Part shown: in pieces, positions 1-10,327 of the stretch
Numbering within the stretch: the stretch's first letter is position 1
How the letters are laid out: the number at the start of each line of letters is the position of its first letter
Source: a virus
Reading direction: 5' to 3' (one strand)
Virus record (IMG/VR): IMGVR_UViG_3300045049_000234
Coordinates: 32,001 to 96,000 of that record
Length of the DNA: 64,000 nt
Position numbers and translations under genes: made by a program
The notes under the pieces: generated by a model
Seen by the model: only the letters and a program-made list of their open reading frames with translations
What the model was told of the DNA's origin: nothing
Databases searched by the model: none

Positions 1-1007
1 CGGCCATCGCGGCGCTGGTGGCGGGTTTCATCTACCTGTGGAATCACAGCAAGGCGTTTCGAGACTTCTGGATCGATCTGTGGCATGGCATCAAGGACGC
101 AGCCGAGGCCGTGTGGCACTTCCTGGATCAGGCGTTCCACGACATCGTTCAGTGGACGAAAGATGCCTGGCATGGGGTGCAGGACGCCACGGAGGCTGTG
201 TGGCGATTCCTCAAGCGCGCCTTCAATGACATTGTTCAGGCGTTGAGGGACGCCTGGCGTGCAGTTCAGGACGCAACCGAAGCCACGTGGAACTTCATCA
301 AGCGGATATTCGACGACATCGTGCACGCGATCGAGGCCGCCTGGCATGCAGTCCAGAACGCGACGCGCACCGTTTGGGGATGGATCAAGGACCTCATACA
401 AGGCCAGGTAAACGCGGTCCGAAGCATCCTTGATTGGTTCGGATCACTGCCGGGCAAGTTCTATGACTGGTTCCAGCGTGCTAGAAACGCGATCATCGAC
501 CGGGTGCAGGACGCGCTCAACTGGCTCGGGGGGCTGGGCGGACGCATCCTGGGCGCCATCGGCGATCTGGGCAACCTGTTGTACAACATCGGCGCGTCGA
601 TCCTCAACGGCCTGTGGAGCGGCATGAAGGACGCGTGGAACAGCATGACCAGTTGGATTGGCAGCATCGGCAATTGGATCTCGAACCTGAAGGGTCCGAT
701 CGAGGTTGACGCCGTGCTGCTCACCCCGCACGGCCACGAGATCATGCAGGGCCTGATGAAGGGCATGAAGGCCGAGATGCCAGCGCTCGAAGCCCAGCTC
801 GGCGGCATCACGGCCACGATCAAGGGCGGCGTCGCCGGACCGTCGCTCGCTCCCGCCGTGGGCGGCGGGGGAGGCGGTGGCGTGTACATCGACCTGCGCG
901 GCAGCCAGGTGATGTCCGATCGCGACATGGACAACCTGATCAACAAGCTGGGCCGCGCATTGGCGGTCCGGGTCGGACCGCAGGGCGGCCTGCGCGTGGC
1001 GATGTAG
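1..1007 (+). CDS. Tape measure protein, C-terminal part (5' end outside window)
   Basis: Trp-rich amphipathic ~29-aa repeats (AVWHFLDQAFHDIVQWTKDAWHGVQDATE...), typical TMP C-terminus (KGP...LLTPHGHEIMQGL), directly upstream of tail genes. Confidence 0.85.
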   Translation, partial: AIAALVAGFIYLWNHSKAFRDFWIDLWHGIKDAAEAVWHFLDQAFHDIVQWTKDAWHGVQDATEAVWRFLKRAFNDIVQALRDAWRAVQDATEATWNFIKRIFDDIVHAIEAAWHAVQNATRTVWGWIKDLIQGQVNAVRSILDWFGSLPGKFYDWFQRARNAIIDRVQDALNWLGGLGGRILGAIGDLGNLLYNIGASILNGLWSGMKDAWNSMTSWIGSIGNWISNLKGPIEVDAVLLTPHGHEIMQGLMKGMKAEMPALEAQLGGITATIKGGVAGPSLAPAVGGGGGGGVYIDLRGSQVMSDRDMDNLINKLGRALAVRVGPQGGLRVAM

Positions 1008-1018
1008 AAGGGTGCGAC

Positions 1019-2413
1019 ATGCCTACACCGGCCGCCAGCATCAGCGTCACGGTCACACCGCCCGGCGGGTCGCCGACCAACTACACCAACAACCTCGCGT
1101 ACAGCGGCGCATATCAGCAGTTCAGCATCACGCAGAACTTCGGACGCCAGGGGGATACCGCCACCATCCCCCTGGTGGACGACTGGCAGGGGCGCACGAC
1201 GCCGCACTTCTACATCCCGGTGCTCTCACAGGTCTCCGTGGTGGACAACAACAGCGGAGTGAACCTGTTCTCCGGCGTGGTGAACAACCCGACGCTGACG
1301 GTGGACGGCCCGAACCGCAACGAATGGACGTTGCAGTGCACTGACTACACGTTCTACGCGGACAACGCCATCGTGCAGGGCGTATTCAACGGCCTGTCGG
1401 TGGACCAGATCGCCATCGCGCTGACACAGCAGGCGAACTGCGGCATCACCGCCGCGTCCACGCTGCACGGCGGGTTCGTCGCGCCAGCACCCGTGTTGAC
1501 GCAGGTCAACTTCAACTGGGTGAAGCTGTCCGACGCGTGGCGCAAGCTGGCGCAGCTCGCCAGCTCGTCCACGCCATACGGCTGGTACGTGGACCAGAAC
1601 AGGGCGCTGCACTTCTTCGACTCCACCACCGCCATCAGCTCCGGTGTGACGCTGACGACGAACCCGACCGGCACGGCGGGTTCCACGACGCAGGCACACA
1701 TCGCCCTGGACGGGTCGATGGGGTACAACTTCGACGGCACCACGATCCGGAACCGGATCATCGTGCAGGGCGCGAACCAGACGGTGATCACCAGCCTGAC
1801 GGGGCGGCCCACGGACACGTGGCGGGCCGACGGGGTTCAGAACTCTTGGCCGCTGCGCTACACCGTCACCGGATCGCCGGTCCTGACGGTCAACGGGACG
1901 GCCACCAGCGTGACCGTGGTCAACGCGGGCGGCAGCGCGCCGTCGTCCGGATGGTCCATCCAGCAGAACGCAATCGGGCAGTGGTTCCTGATCGACACCG
2001 CCACCCCGGCGGCGGGCACCTCGATCAAGATCTGGTACAACTACCAGATTCCCATCGTGGCGCAGGCCAACGACACCACCTCGCAGGCGACGTACACCGG
2101 GCCGAACGGCGGGGTGTACACGGAGTACATCCAGGACACGTCCCTGATCACCACATCCATGGCGGTGTCCCGCGCGCAGCGCGAGCGCACGGAGTACGCG
2201 TTCGCCGCCGAACGGCTCACGGTGAACACGACAGAGGACTTCCTCGGGTGGATTCGCGCCGGGGAGACGTTCCAGTTCGTCAGCTCCCTGGTCAACGACT
2301 CGCAGAACAGCAACACGTGGTCGATCAACGACACGTTCCTGTGCATCTCGAATCAGGTCACGTTCGGCAGCGGCGGTTACCGCACGATGAGCCTGAGCGG
2401 CGTGCGCATCTAA
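1019..2413 (+). CDS. Minor tail protein (distal tail/hub-like)
   Basis: 464 aa, beta-rich and T/S/G-rich, follows TMP, WYVD..RALHF motif of tail hub proteins. Confidence 0.7.
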   Translation: MPTPAASISVTVTPPGGSPTNYTNNLAYSGAYQQFSITQNFGRQGDTATIPLVDDWQGRTTPHFYIPVLSQVSVVDNNSGVNLFSGVVNNPTLTVDGPNRNEWTLQCTDYTFYADNAIVQGVFNGLSVDQIAIALTQQANCGITAASTLHGGFVAPAPVLTQVNFNWVKLSDAWRKLAQLASSSTPYGWYVDQNRALHFFDSTTAISSGVTLTTNPTGTAGSTTQAHIALDGSMGYNFDGTTIRNRIIVQGANQTVITSLTGRPTDTWRADGVQNSWPLRYTVTGSPVLTVNGTATSVTVVNAGGSAPSSGWSIQQNAIGQWFLIDTATPAAGTSIKIWYNYQIPIVAQANDTTSQATYTGPNGGVYTEYIQDTSLITTSMAVSRAQRERTEYAFAAERLTVNTTEDFLGWIRAGETFQFVSSLVNDSQNSNTWSINDTFLCISNQVTFGSGGYRTMSLSGVRI

Positions 2414-2423
2414 GGGGGTCACC

Positions 2424-2648
2424 TTGCCCGGCGTCCTGCGTCCCTACACACTGGTGGACGTCCTATCCACCATCAACAGCCAGAACGGCCAGGGGTCGAT
2501 GGGCAACCCGACCACGCTGACGGTGCCGCTCAGCAGCATCGCCGAGGCGGACGAGACGGTGGTCAGCGCCGACAGCGCGTTCGTCTCCACGCAGACGGGC
2601 GCCGCGTTGTGGGATCAGGGGGTGTGGAGTGCGGGTACGTGGAGTTGA
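2424..2648 (+). CDS. Small tail-associated protein
   Basis: RBS AAGGGGG plus TTG start; C-terminal WDQGVWSAGTW; in tail operon. Confidence 0.55.
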   Translation: MPGVLRPYTLVDVLSTINSQNGQGSMGNPTTLTVPLSSIAEADETVVSADSAFVSTQTGAALWDQGVWSAGTWS

Positions 2649-3156
2649 TCACGTCGCGTTCCGGGGGCGCCTGAAGCTCAGCGTCCTTGACGCGGCGGGC
2701 CGCGTGGTGGACGAGCGCGAAGGCGACAATGTGGTGTGCACCACCGGCTATACGGCCATCGCCGCCGCGCTGGCGTGGTCGGGTATCCAGGACCAGGCGG
2801 CGAACCTGGGCATCACCACACCCACGTACCTGACGCCGCTGTACGGCGCGGTCGGCTCCGGTGCGGGGGCCGTCGCGAAGGCGGATACGCAGCTCCAGAC
2901 GGAGTTGGGGCGCGTCGTGGTGTCCGGTACCGGGGCCACGCCCGCGTCCGCGAGCATCGCGGCGCAGACCACATGGCTGTTCTACTTCCCGAACCCACCG
3001 TCCACGTGGACGGTGGCCGAGGCGGGCGTCTTCGCAAACGCGTCGGCGACGGCGAACTCCGGATCGATGATCGACCACTGGTCGTTCTCGCCGTCGGTGC
3101 CCGTGCCGACCACGAACACGCTCGTGCTTGAGGTAAGCCTGCTGTTCGGCCCGTAG
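2629..3156 (+). CDS. Minor tail protein (start uncertain)
   Basis: GSG...DTQLQTELGR and TVAEAGVF motifs of tail fibre/baseplate N-terminal-like proteins. Confidence 0.65.
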   Translation: MRVRGVDHVAFRGRLKLSVLDAAGRVVDEREGDNVVCTTGYTAIAAALAWSGIQDQAANLGITTPTYLTPLYGAVGSGAGAVAKADTQLQTELGRVVVSGTGATPASASIAAQTTWLFYFPNPPSTWTVAEAGVFANASATANSGSMIDHWSFSPSVPVPTTNTLVLEVSLLFGP

Positions 3157-3164
3157 GAGGGGAC

Positions 3165-3905
3165 ATGGCCGGTCCCTCGTGGCTGGCGGCAACCGCCGGG
3201 CAGCCCGCCTATGCCGGGCAGCTCAATCAGTTCCTGGCGAGCCATGGGGCTACATGGCTGTACGCGGGTACCCAACAGGCCGCGCAAACCACCGGTAACG
3301 CCGTCTATTCTGCGAGCAACGGGCAGTACATCGCGCAGTCGTTCACCACCGGCGTGTCGCAGACCGCTGTCGGCCAGGTGTGGCTCCAGGTCAGCGCGGT
3401 CGGCGGCTCCCCCGTTACGCAGGCCATACCGCCGCTCACCCTGGCGCTGTACGCAAGCTCCGGGGGCGCCCCCACCGGTGCAGCGCTGGGCAGCGTCGCC
3501 GTGAACGAGACATACGTGTACAACGCCCCCTTCTGGGTGCAGTTCCCGCTCGCGGTGAGCGGGCTGACGCCGAGCACGGTCTATCAACTGGTTACCTTCC
3601 CCGCCGGTGCATCCGCGAACTACTACGCTTGGCAGCACTCGAACCAGGTCATCGGCGGTTCCCTGAGCGCGGACGGCGTCACCTGGACGACACAGGCATT
3701 CGGCTTCATGTACCAGGTCTTCGATCAGAGCGCGGGCGGCAACCTGCTGTACATCACCGAGGACGGCGGTGCGCGCTGGACCAGCCTCACCTATGACGCG
3801 TTCAACCGGGTGAGCACCATCACGGAGTACACCACTGGCGCGACCGCACTGACTTCGGTGCGCACCTTCGCCTACAGCAACGGCAGCTTAACGGGGGTGA
3901 GTTGA
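3165..3905 (+). CDS. Minor tail protein, paralog 1
   Basis: RBS AGGAGG; similar to 5493-6218 and to the ends of 6228-8564. Confidence 0.7.
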   Translation: MAGPSWLAATAGQPAYAGQLNQFLASHGATWLYAGTQQAAQTTGNAVYSASNGQYIAQSFTTGVSQTAVGQVWLQVSAVGGSPVTQAIPPLTLALYASSGGAPTGAALGSVAVNETYVYNAPFWVQFPLAVSGLTPSTVYQLVTFPAGASANYYAWQHSNQVIGGSLSADGVTWTTQAFGFMYQVFDQSAGGNLLYITEDGGARWTSLTYDAFNRVSTITEYTTGATALTSVRTFAYSNGSLTGVS

Positions 3906-3906
3906 A

Positions 3907-5493
3907 GTGCCCTACCTGGCCTCTTCCGTGTCGGTGATGGACTACGGGGCCGACCCCACCGGGGTAGCGGACTCCACCAGCGCGTTCAACAGCGCGCTGG
4001 CCGCCGTGAACACGGCTGGTGGCGGTGTGGTATACGCCCCGGCGGGAACCTTCAAGATCAGCCCTTCGGGTAGCCCTGCGGTGGGAATCAGCTTCATGGG
4101 GGGCGGCGCGGCCGGATACCAAGGTGTGCGCCTGGTGGGCGCCGGGAACGATGCGACGTTCCTTTCCCGTAACGGCAACGGCACGTTGGTGCAGTTCTCC
4201 GGGCCGTCCACTTCGCCGGGCACCGGCTCGACCCACACGCGGTATTGCTCGCTGGAGTCGATCGCGATCAACGGCAACAACGGGACGGGCGCTGCCATCC
4301 AGTGCTACTACGTGGACAACATCCTGCTGCGCGATGTGTTCGTGAACAACAACGGCGACATTGTGCTGGATTCGACGGAGTTCTGGGACAGCCGCATCCT
4401 GTCGTGCGTGTTCGGCGGCTCCGGCAGCACCACGCCGAGCGCCGCCGCGCCCAATGTCTACCTGCGCAATTCTTCGGCTGCCAGCGGGTTCGGCAACTCG
4501 ACCGGAACCACCAACAACATCGTGGTTGACAACTGCCGTTTCGAGGCTTTCCTTACCGGCGCGCTGTGGGTCGCTCAGGGGACCGGCAGCAGCTCCGGCC
4601 CGAACACGATCTTCGTCAAGAACTGCAAGATGGAGACCAGCACGGTCAACGGCGGCTCCCACCTGTCTGTGGACGCCAACACCCGCGCCGCGTTCGTGGA
4701 CGGCTTGTACATCTACTCCGGCGGCTTCCAGGGGGGATTCTCCACGGCGCAGGACACGATCACCTGGTCCGGGCAGGACAGCGCGTTGACCAACGTACTG
4801 ATCTCCACCGGTTCCCCCGTAACGGTCGCCAACGGCGTCACCGTCAACTCCACGGTCTCGGGGCAGAACGCGGTGCTGCGCAACGTCTACGGCACCTACA
4901 CCAGCGCGCCAACCGGCAAGCACGTGAACATCGGAACGTCCACCGGCAGCTTCGTGATCGACAACTGCCATTTCAACGGAACCGACCCGAGCATCCTGAA
5001 CCAGATCACCGAGTGGATCGCGTCGGCCTCCTCCGTGAACGTGTACGGTTCCTCCGTGGCCGGGGACACCGTCCACCGGTTCACCTCCAACGCCAAGGGC
5101 GACTTCACCTGGAGCAGCGGCACGGCCACAGCGGACGTGGTGATGTCGCGCACCGCCGCCGGGGTGATGTCATTCACCTCCGGCATCCTTGACCCGCAGG
5201 CGGGCACCAAGACCGCAGCAGCGGCGGCGGCGCTCACCCCGACGTTCGCGAACGGGACGGCCGCCCAGCTCACCGACCTCACGCGCGACTACATGGTCTA
5301 TTTCACGGTGGGCACGGCGGGCACCGCCATGACCATTGCGATCGGCCCGACATCCACACCGGCGAACACGATCGTTTCATCTTCGACCGCCACCTCCGGC
5401 GAGGTGTACTCATTCAGGCTGCCCGCCGGTTGGTTCGTAAAGTGGTCGGCGACAACGGCGACGCTGGCTAACCAGATCGCGATCGGCTGCTGA
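3907..5493 (+). CDS. Tailspike / receptor-binding protein with pectate-lyase-like beta-helix
   Basis: N-terminal SVMDYGADPTGVADSTSAFNSAL...GGVVYAPAGTF motif, then N/G-rich beta-helix repeats. Confidence 0.75.
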   Translation: MPYLASSVSVMDYGADPTGVADSTSAFNSALAAVNTAGGGVVYAPAGTFKISPSGSPAVGISFMGGGAAGYQGVRLVGAGNDATFLSRNGNGTLVQFSGPSTSPGTGSTHTRYCSLESIAINGNNGTGAAIQCYYVDNILLRDVFVNNNGDIVLDSTEFWDSRILSCVFGGSGSTTPSAAAPNVYLRNSSAASGFGNSTGTTNNIVVDNCRFEAFLTGALWVAQGTGSSSGPNTIFVKNCKMETSTVNGGSHLSVDANTRAAFVDGLYIYSGGFQGGFSTAQDTITWSGQDSALTNVLISTGSPVTVANGVTVNSTVSGQNAVLRNVYGTYTSAPTGKHVNIGTSTGSFVIDNCHFNGTDPSILNQITEWIASASSVNVYGSSVAGDTVHRFTSNAKGDFTWSSGTATADVVMSRTAAGVMSFTSGILDPQAGTKTAAAAAALTPTFANGTAAQLTDLTRDYMVYFTVGTAGTAMTIAIGPTSTPANTIVSSSTATSGEVYSFRLPAGWFVKWSATTATLANQIAIGC

Positions 5494-6218
5494 TGGCGAC
5501 CCCCTCCTGGATCGCCGCCACCCCGGGATTCGCACCGTTGGCGAGCGAAGTGAACCAGCTCTTGGCAACGCACGCTTTCAACTGCGTGTATACCGGCACG
5601 CTGCTGGGCTCGTCCACGACGCTGTCCGGCTCCGCCACAAACACGAACGGCCTGTACATCGCGCAGTCGTTCACGCCGGGCGCGCAGACTGCGCAACGGT
5701 GGATTTTCACCCTTGCCGTGACCGGTACCCCGACGGCGCTGACGTTGTCGATTCAAACCGACAACGCCGGGGCGCCGTCGGGTACCGCGCTGTCCACCAC
5801 TGTGATTCCGGCGCTGTTCGTGCCCGGCGCGGCGGGGCAGGTGAGCGTGCCGACGGCGCCTGTCACGTTCGCCGCCGCGACGCAGTACTGGGCTGTGTTC
5901 AACGCCGTCGGCGACGTCAGCAACTTCTACTCGGTCAGCCGCACCACGGCCGCGTCCGGGGTGTCCACGTCGCCGAACGGCACAGCGTGGACAGGGCAGG
6001 CGTACGGGATGTACTACCAGCGGTTCGACAACAGCGTGACCGGTTCATTGCTGCACACGTACGAGGACTCCGGGGCGCGGTGGACGTCGCTGGCGTGGAA
6101 CGCGACCAACACCCCGTCCACGGTGCAGGAGTACACCGTCGCGCAGGGTGCCAACCAGTCGTTCGCGTCATCGCGTGCATTCTCATACACCAACGGCCTG
6201 ATTTCATCGATTGCATAG
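5493..6218 (+). CDS. Minor tail protein, paralog 2
   Basis: Coupled by TGATG; shares NGxYIAQSFT and EDxGARWTSL motifs with 3165-3905. Confidence 0.7.
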   Translation: MATPSWIAATPGFAPLASEVNQLLATHAFNCVYTGTLLGSSTTLSGSATNTNGLYIAQSFTPGAQTAQRWIFTLAVTGTPTALTLSIQTDNAGAPSGTALSTTVIPALFVPGAAGQVSVPTAPVTFAAATQYWAVFNAVGDVSNFYSVSRTTAASGVSTSPNGTAWTGQAYGMYYQRFDNSVTGSLLHTYEDSGARWTSLAWNATNTPSTVQEYTVAQGANQSFASSRAFSYTNGLISSIA

Positions 6219-6227
6219 GGGGTCGCC

Positions 6228-8564
6228 GTGGCCAACACGCCCGCATGGTCCGCACCACGGTCCGGGCTGCTCGGCGACACGGGCGCCGTGAACGCCTCGG
6301 CGCAGGTCAATCAGCTCCTGGGCACGCATGCGAGTAGTGAGATCTACTACGGCAACATGATCCTTCAGCCGGACGGCACCGGCGGCGCGATCAGCGGGCG
6401 GCTGCTCAACGCCTACGACATCGATCAACCGTTCACGATGTCGGGCACGAGTATCGGCCGCGTTGCCATCCCGCTGATGGTCTCCGGGACCGGCAGCGAC
6501 ATGATCGTATCGCTGTGCTCGGACAGCGGCGGCGCGCCGGGCAGCGTCATCACGCAGACCCGCGTCCCGGCGACATGGATCAACCAGCTCAGCGCAGTCA
6601 CTTCCGCCTCGGTGGTGCAGAGCGCTGTCAACGGCGCGTTCGCGGCCCAGATCGCCCCGAACTACACCGGCAGCCCCTTGGCCACGGCGCAGTTCAACAA
6701 GTTCTACATGGCCAGCGTGGTGACGACCAACTGGCCGTATCCGACGTCGAAGAACCTGGGTCCGGGCACCGGCCCCACCTCCTGCTACTACGGTGACTAC
6801 TTCATCCAGATGGGCGGGTACGTCAGCTCCACCTTCCTGGACAACGTGTTCACCATCGGATTCGACACGACGGGGCACATCCTGAGCACCGTCCCGCAGC
6901 CGTCGCTGCCGCAGGCCACGGACGGCACCGCCGGGTGTGTCGTGTCCGTGGACGCATCCGGTAACGCCACGGTCGTGTTCGCGGGGGGCGCCACCGCTTC
7001 CGGCACGCTAACGAACGCGGTGTACACTGCGTCATTCGACCCGACGACCGGCAACATCGGCGCATGGTCTACACAGCAGAACCTGCCGGGCACCAACCAG
7101 TACTTCGGCATGGCGGCCTACAACGGTTACGTCTACACGGTCGGCGGGGCGAACGGTACCATCAACAACACCACCGTCCTCTACGCGCAGGTGCAGAACG
7201 GCCAGATCACGACCTGGACCGCGACCACGCCGCTGCCGGTGGGCCAGGGATTCAACTACGTGGCGGCGTGCGCTGGATATCTGTTCGTGTTCGGCGGGTC
7301 CATTCTGTCCAACATCAACACCTGCTACTACGCGGCCATCAACGCAGACGGCACGCTCGGCGGATGGAGGATCGGACCGACACTGCCGGTCAGTCCTGCG
7401 CTGTTCAACGGCAACCCGGCGATTGTGGCGGGCACGTACGGCATCATCGGCAACGGCAGCGGCACCCTGTTCACGCTCGGCGTCACGGCCAACGGGCCGG
7501 ACCTGGCGTGGCAGGAACAGAACTTCTCGATAGGCGGCAACTTCTTCGCCGGGGTGAACGTCCAGCCGGGCGTGTGGCGGTACTACGGACTGTATGCGAG
7601 CTTCTACAGCACGATGTTGGTATCGCTGTACGCGACCATCTCCGTTCCACTGCCCGCGAGCGGCCTGACCAACGGCGCCACGTACCACGTGCTGATCCAG
7701 TCGCCGTCCAAGGACCTGAACAACGGACTTGCCCTGGCGTTCGACCAGGGCACCGTGTTCCCCGGCAATCCCAAGTACAGCTACCGCGTCAAGGGCAGCC
7801 CGACGTGGACGAGCAGCGTCGGCGGCAGCATCCCCCTCGCCGTCTACGACAACTCGAACAATTCCACGTCGTCCAGCGGCGCCATCGGGAACAACCACGT
7901 GTTGCACACGTGGGAAGACAACGGCGCCCGCATCTCCACGCTGGTGCATTCCACGACGCCCGACAGCCGACTGCTCGGCGTGCTGGACGCCACGTCGCAG
8001 CCGGGGCCGGTGCTCAACTCCAACCCCACGTTCACCGCCGGTACGGCGCCGTGGGGCGGCAACAACGGAACGCTGGCGCAGTCCAGCGCGTTCACGCACG
8101 GCAACCTGCCGTTCAGCGCGAGGTTCACCCCGAACGGCACCAGCAGCCAGGGGTATATCGAGTCGGAACTGATCAGCATCGCGTTGCAGCAGCAGTACAC
8201 GGCGGCGTGCTGGTTCTACTCGCCGACCGGGTACAGCAACTGCGAGATCCTGATCAACTGGTACAACGCGTCGGGGTCCTCCGGCGGGTTCATCTCCTCC
8301 ACCACCGGCGCGACGACCAGCGTGGCGGCCGGGACGTGGACGGCGCTGACCGTCACCGGCTACCCGCCGACCACCGCCGTGTACGGCACCGTGGGCGTGT
8401 ACGAACGCGGCACGCCGCCCGCGTCGGCGGTGTTCTACGCCTCCGCCGTGACGCTCCAGAACACGCAGGGACCGCAGGTCTCGTCCGTTGCGCAGATCGA
8501 TTACAGCGGCGGTTTCAACTCCGGCAATTCGTGGCCGCCCACCGGCGTCACCGTGCTGGCATAG
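6228..8564 (+). CDS. Minor tail protein with Kelch-like repeats and C-terminal carbohydrate-binding-like domain
   Basis: GYVYTVGG and GYLFVFGG Kelch motifs; LNSNPTF...W CBM4/9-like start; paralogous termini. Confidence 0.7.
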   Translation: MANTPAWSAPRSGLLGDTGAVNASAQVNQLLGTHASSEIYYGNMILQPDGTGGAISGRLLNAYDIDQPFTMSGTSIGRVAIPLMVSGTGSDMIVSLCSDSGGAPGSVITQTRVPATWINQLSAVTSASVVQSAVNGAFAAQIAPNYTGSPLATAQFNKFYMASVVTTNWPYPTSKNLGPGTGPTSCYYGDYFIQMGGYVSSTFLDNVFTIGFDTTGHILSTVPQPSLPQATDGTAGCVVSVDASGNATVVFAGGATASGTLTNAVYTASFDPTTGNIGAWSTQQNLPGTNQYFGMAAYNGYVYTVGGANGTINNTTVLYAQVQNGQITTWTATTPLPVGQGFNYVAACAGYLFVFGGSILSNINTCYYAAINADGTLGGWRIGPTLPVSPALFNGNPAIVAGTYGIIGNGSGTLFTLGVTANGPDLAWQEQNFSIGGNFFAGVNVQPGVWRYYGLYASFYSTMLVSLYATISVPLPASGLTNGATYHVLIQSPSKDLNNGLALAFDQGTVFPGNPKYSYRVKGSPTWTSSVGGSIPLAVYDNSNNSTSSSGAIGNNHVLHTWEDNGARISTLVHSTTPDSRLLGVLDATSQPGPVLNSNPTFTAGTAPWGGNNGTLAQSSAFTHGNLPFSARFTPNGTSSQGYIESELISIALQQQYTAACWFYSPTGYSNCEILINWYNASGSSGGFISSTTGATTSVAAGTWTALTVTGYPPTTAVYGTVGVYERGTPPASAVFYASAVTLQNTQGPQVSSVAQIDYSGGFNSGNSWPPTGVTVLA

Positions 8565-8573
8565 GGGGTCATC

Positions 8574-9062
8574 GTGGCATCGACGTTCGAGTCTCTGCTA
8601 CTGGCGCAGACCAGCTTCTCCATGAACCGGCCCATCGCCGTGATGATGCAGGTCACCACGACGACATCGCTCACCAGCGGCACATGGACGTCGATCGGGA
8701 TGGACTCGTCCACGATCGACAACTACAACGGGCACAGCAACAGCACGAACAACTCCCGGTACACGGTGCAGGTGGCGGGCAAGTATGTGGTTTCCGGCAC
8801 GGTGGCGTTCGCGACCAACGCGACCGGCGACCGTGGCGCGAAGATCACCAAGAACGGCGCGGTGGTGCAGGGGCCGTACGCGCTGACCTCATCGGCGAGC
8901 ACCACCCACGGCATCTCGGTAGCTACGGCAGGGTTCATCATTGCCTGCAACGTCGGGGACTACCTGGAGTTGCAGGGATACCAGAACAGCGGCGGCGCCC
9001 TCGCCACTCAGATATCCACCGATCAGGACAGCTTCTTCTCCGTCTATTGGATCTCCAGCTAG
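8574..9062 (+). CDS. Tail protein, C1q-like beta-sandwich
   Basis: SRYTVQVAGKYVV and GDYLELQGYQNSGGAL motifs. Confidence 0.6.
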   Translation: MASTFESLLLAQTSFSMNRPIAVMMQVTTTTSLTSGTWTSIGMDSSTIDNYNGHSNSTNNSRYTVQVAGKYVVSGTVAFATNATGDRGAKITKNGAVVQGPYALTSSASTTHGISVATAGFIIACNVGDYLELQGYQNSGGALATQISTDQDSFFSVYWISS

Positions 9063-9070
9063 GAGGCATC

Positions 9071-9484
9071 GTGACCGCCGCGCACGACCAGGCGGAGAGT
9101 CATCACTACCTGATGCACTTCCCGGAGCATCCTCCGCGCGAGGGCGACCCGCATTACAAGGACTTCGAAGCCTACCGGCGCCGCACGAAGGACACCGCGC
9201 GGTGTCAGTTCGCCGTGGAGACGGGCGACGAATCCGAGTGCCACGGCGGGTTGGAGCTGCACCATACGCACGTCGAGTTCTCGCTCCAGAACGGCGTCGA
9301 ACTCTCACGGCTGGAGCACGTCTATCCGGGGATATCCAACCCCGACGAGGTTGGCGCGTGGGTCGAAAGCGCCGACAATCTGACGTGGTACTGCGCGTTC
9401 CATCATCGGGGCCACGGCGGGGTGCACACGGCCGCCGCAGCCGACTTCGAGGCGTCCAAGTGGGTCAAGGGGCTCATCTCCTAG
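9071..9484 (+). CDS. His-rich HNH-like protein
   Basis: RBS AGGAGG at 9061, GTG start; LELHH...NL..YCAFHHRG.GGVH. Confidence 0.6.
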   Translation: MTAAHDQAESHHYLMHFPEHPPREGDPHYKDFEAYRRRTKDTARCQFAVETGDESECHGGLELHHTHVEFSLQNGVELSRLEHVYPGISNPDEVGAWVESADNLTWYCAFHHRGHGGVHTAAAADFEASKWVKGLIS

Positions 9485-9539
9485 AAACGGACCCGCGATG
9501 ACGGCGACCGGGCATGCTGCGATAGGAAGGCCGACAAAG

Positions 9540-9845
9540 ATGGCTGACGACCCGACGATCGTCTTCAGCGTCAAAGAGCTGATCAGCCGTCTCGACGGCA
9601 AGCTGGACATGATGATGAAGGTGCTCACCGACAAGGCGGACCGCGCGGACGTCAACGCGCTGGACCGCCGGGTGGGCGCCGTGGAGGTGCAGGTCAACGA
9701 CCTGGTGATACAGCGCAAGAGCGAAGCGAAGGCGGAAGAGGACGGTACGGCGCGCGGCCGGTTTCTGATCACCGCGCTCATGACCGTCATCGGCCTGCTG
9801 ATCGCGCTGGCCGCCGTCGTCGTCACCATCCTGGTAAAGGGGTGA
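9540..9845 (+). CDS. Coiled-coil membrane protein (holin-like / lysis accessory)
   Basis: C-terminal transmembrane helix, upstream of endolysin. Confidence 0.55.
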   Translation: MADDPTIVFSVKELISRLDGKLDMMMKVLTDKADRADVNALDRRVGAVEVQVNDLVIQRKSEAKAEEDGTARGRFLITALMTVIGLLIALAAVVVTILVKG

Positions 9846-10327
9846 GCGTCATGGCGCCGCACACCCGCCATCCGTGGCGCGACCACCGCCGCGCCCACGG
9901 ACCGGTCCGCGTGGCCGACCAGCACCCCACCGCCACGGCCGTACAGCGGTTCAACGCCCGGTTGGCCGTCGCCGTCACGCGCGTAGTCGGCTCGATGTGG
10001 TGCGCCTACGCCTTCGCCGCGTTCGACTGCATCTCGCTGCCAACCGCGATCCGCACCGGGACGGCGGCGATCGTCTCATGGATCGCGCAGACGTTCCTCC
10101 AGCTCGTCCTGCTCTCCATCATCATGGTCGGCCAGGACGTCCAGGCGAAGGCCGCCGACGCACGCGCGGAGCACACGTTCAACGACGTGGAATGCATGCT
10201 CGCAACCATGGATCAACTCGCATCGCGCCTAGGCCATCAGGATGAGCTGCTAGACGTCATCCTGCGGGCCGTCCAGGATCATGCGCCATGTGACGCCTGT
10301 AGCGATCATGCTGATAGTGGCTCGTGA
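9842..10327 (+). CDS. DUF1003-like membrane protein (possible holin)
   Basis: GSMWCAYAF...WIAQTFLQLVLLSIIMVGQ; two TM segments. Confidence 0.6.
   Translation: MSVMAPHTRHPWRDHRRAHGPVRVADQHPTATAVQRFNARLAVAVTRVVGSMWCAYAFAAFDCISLPTAIRTGTAAIVSWIAQTFLQLVLLSIIMVGQDVQAKAADARAEHTFNDVECMLATMDQLASRLGHQDELLDVILRAVQDHAPCDACSDHADSGS

Noticed and set aside
7064-9070. 806-aa ORF 7064-9484
   Set aside because: Only the last 137 codons (from GTG 9071 with AGGAGG) look real; the rest overlaps tail genes out of frame
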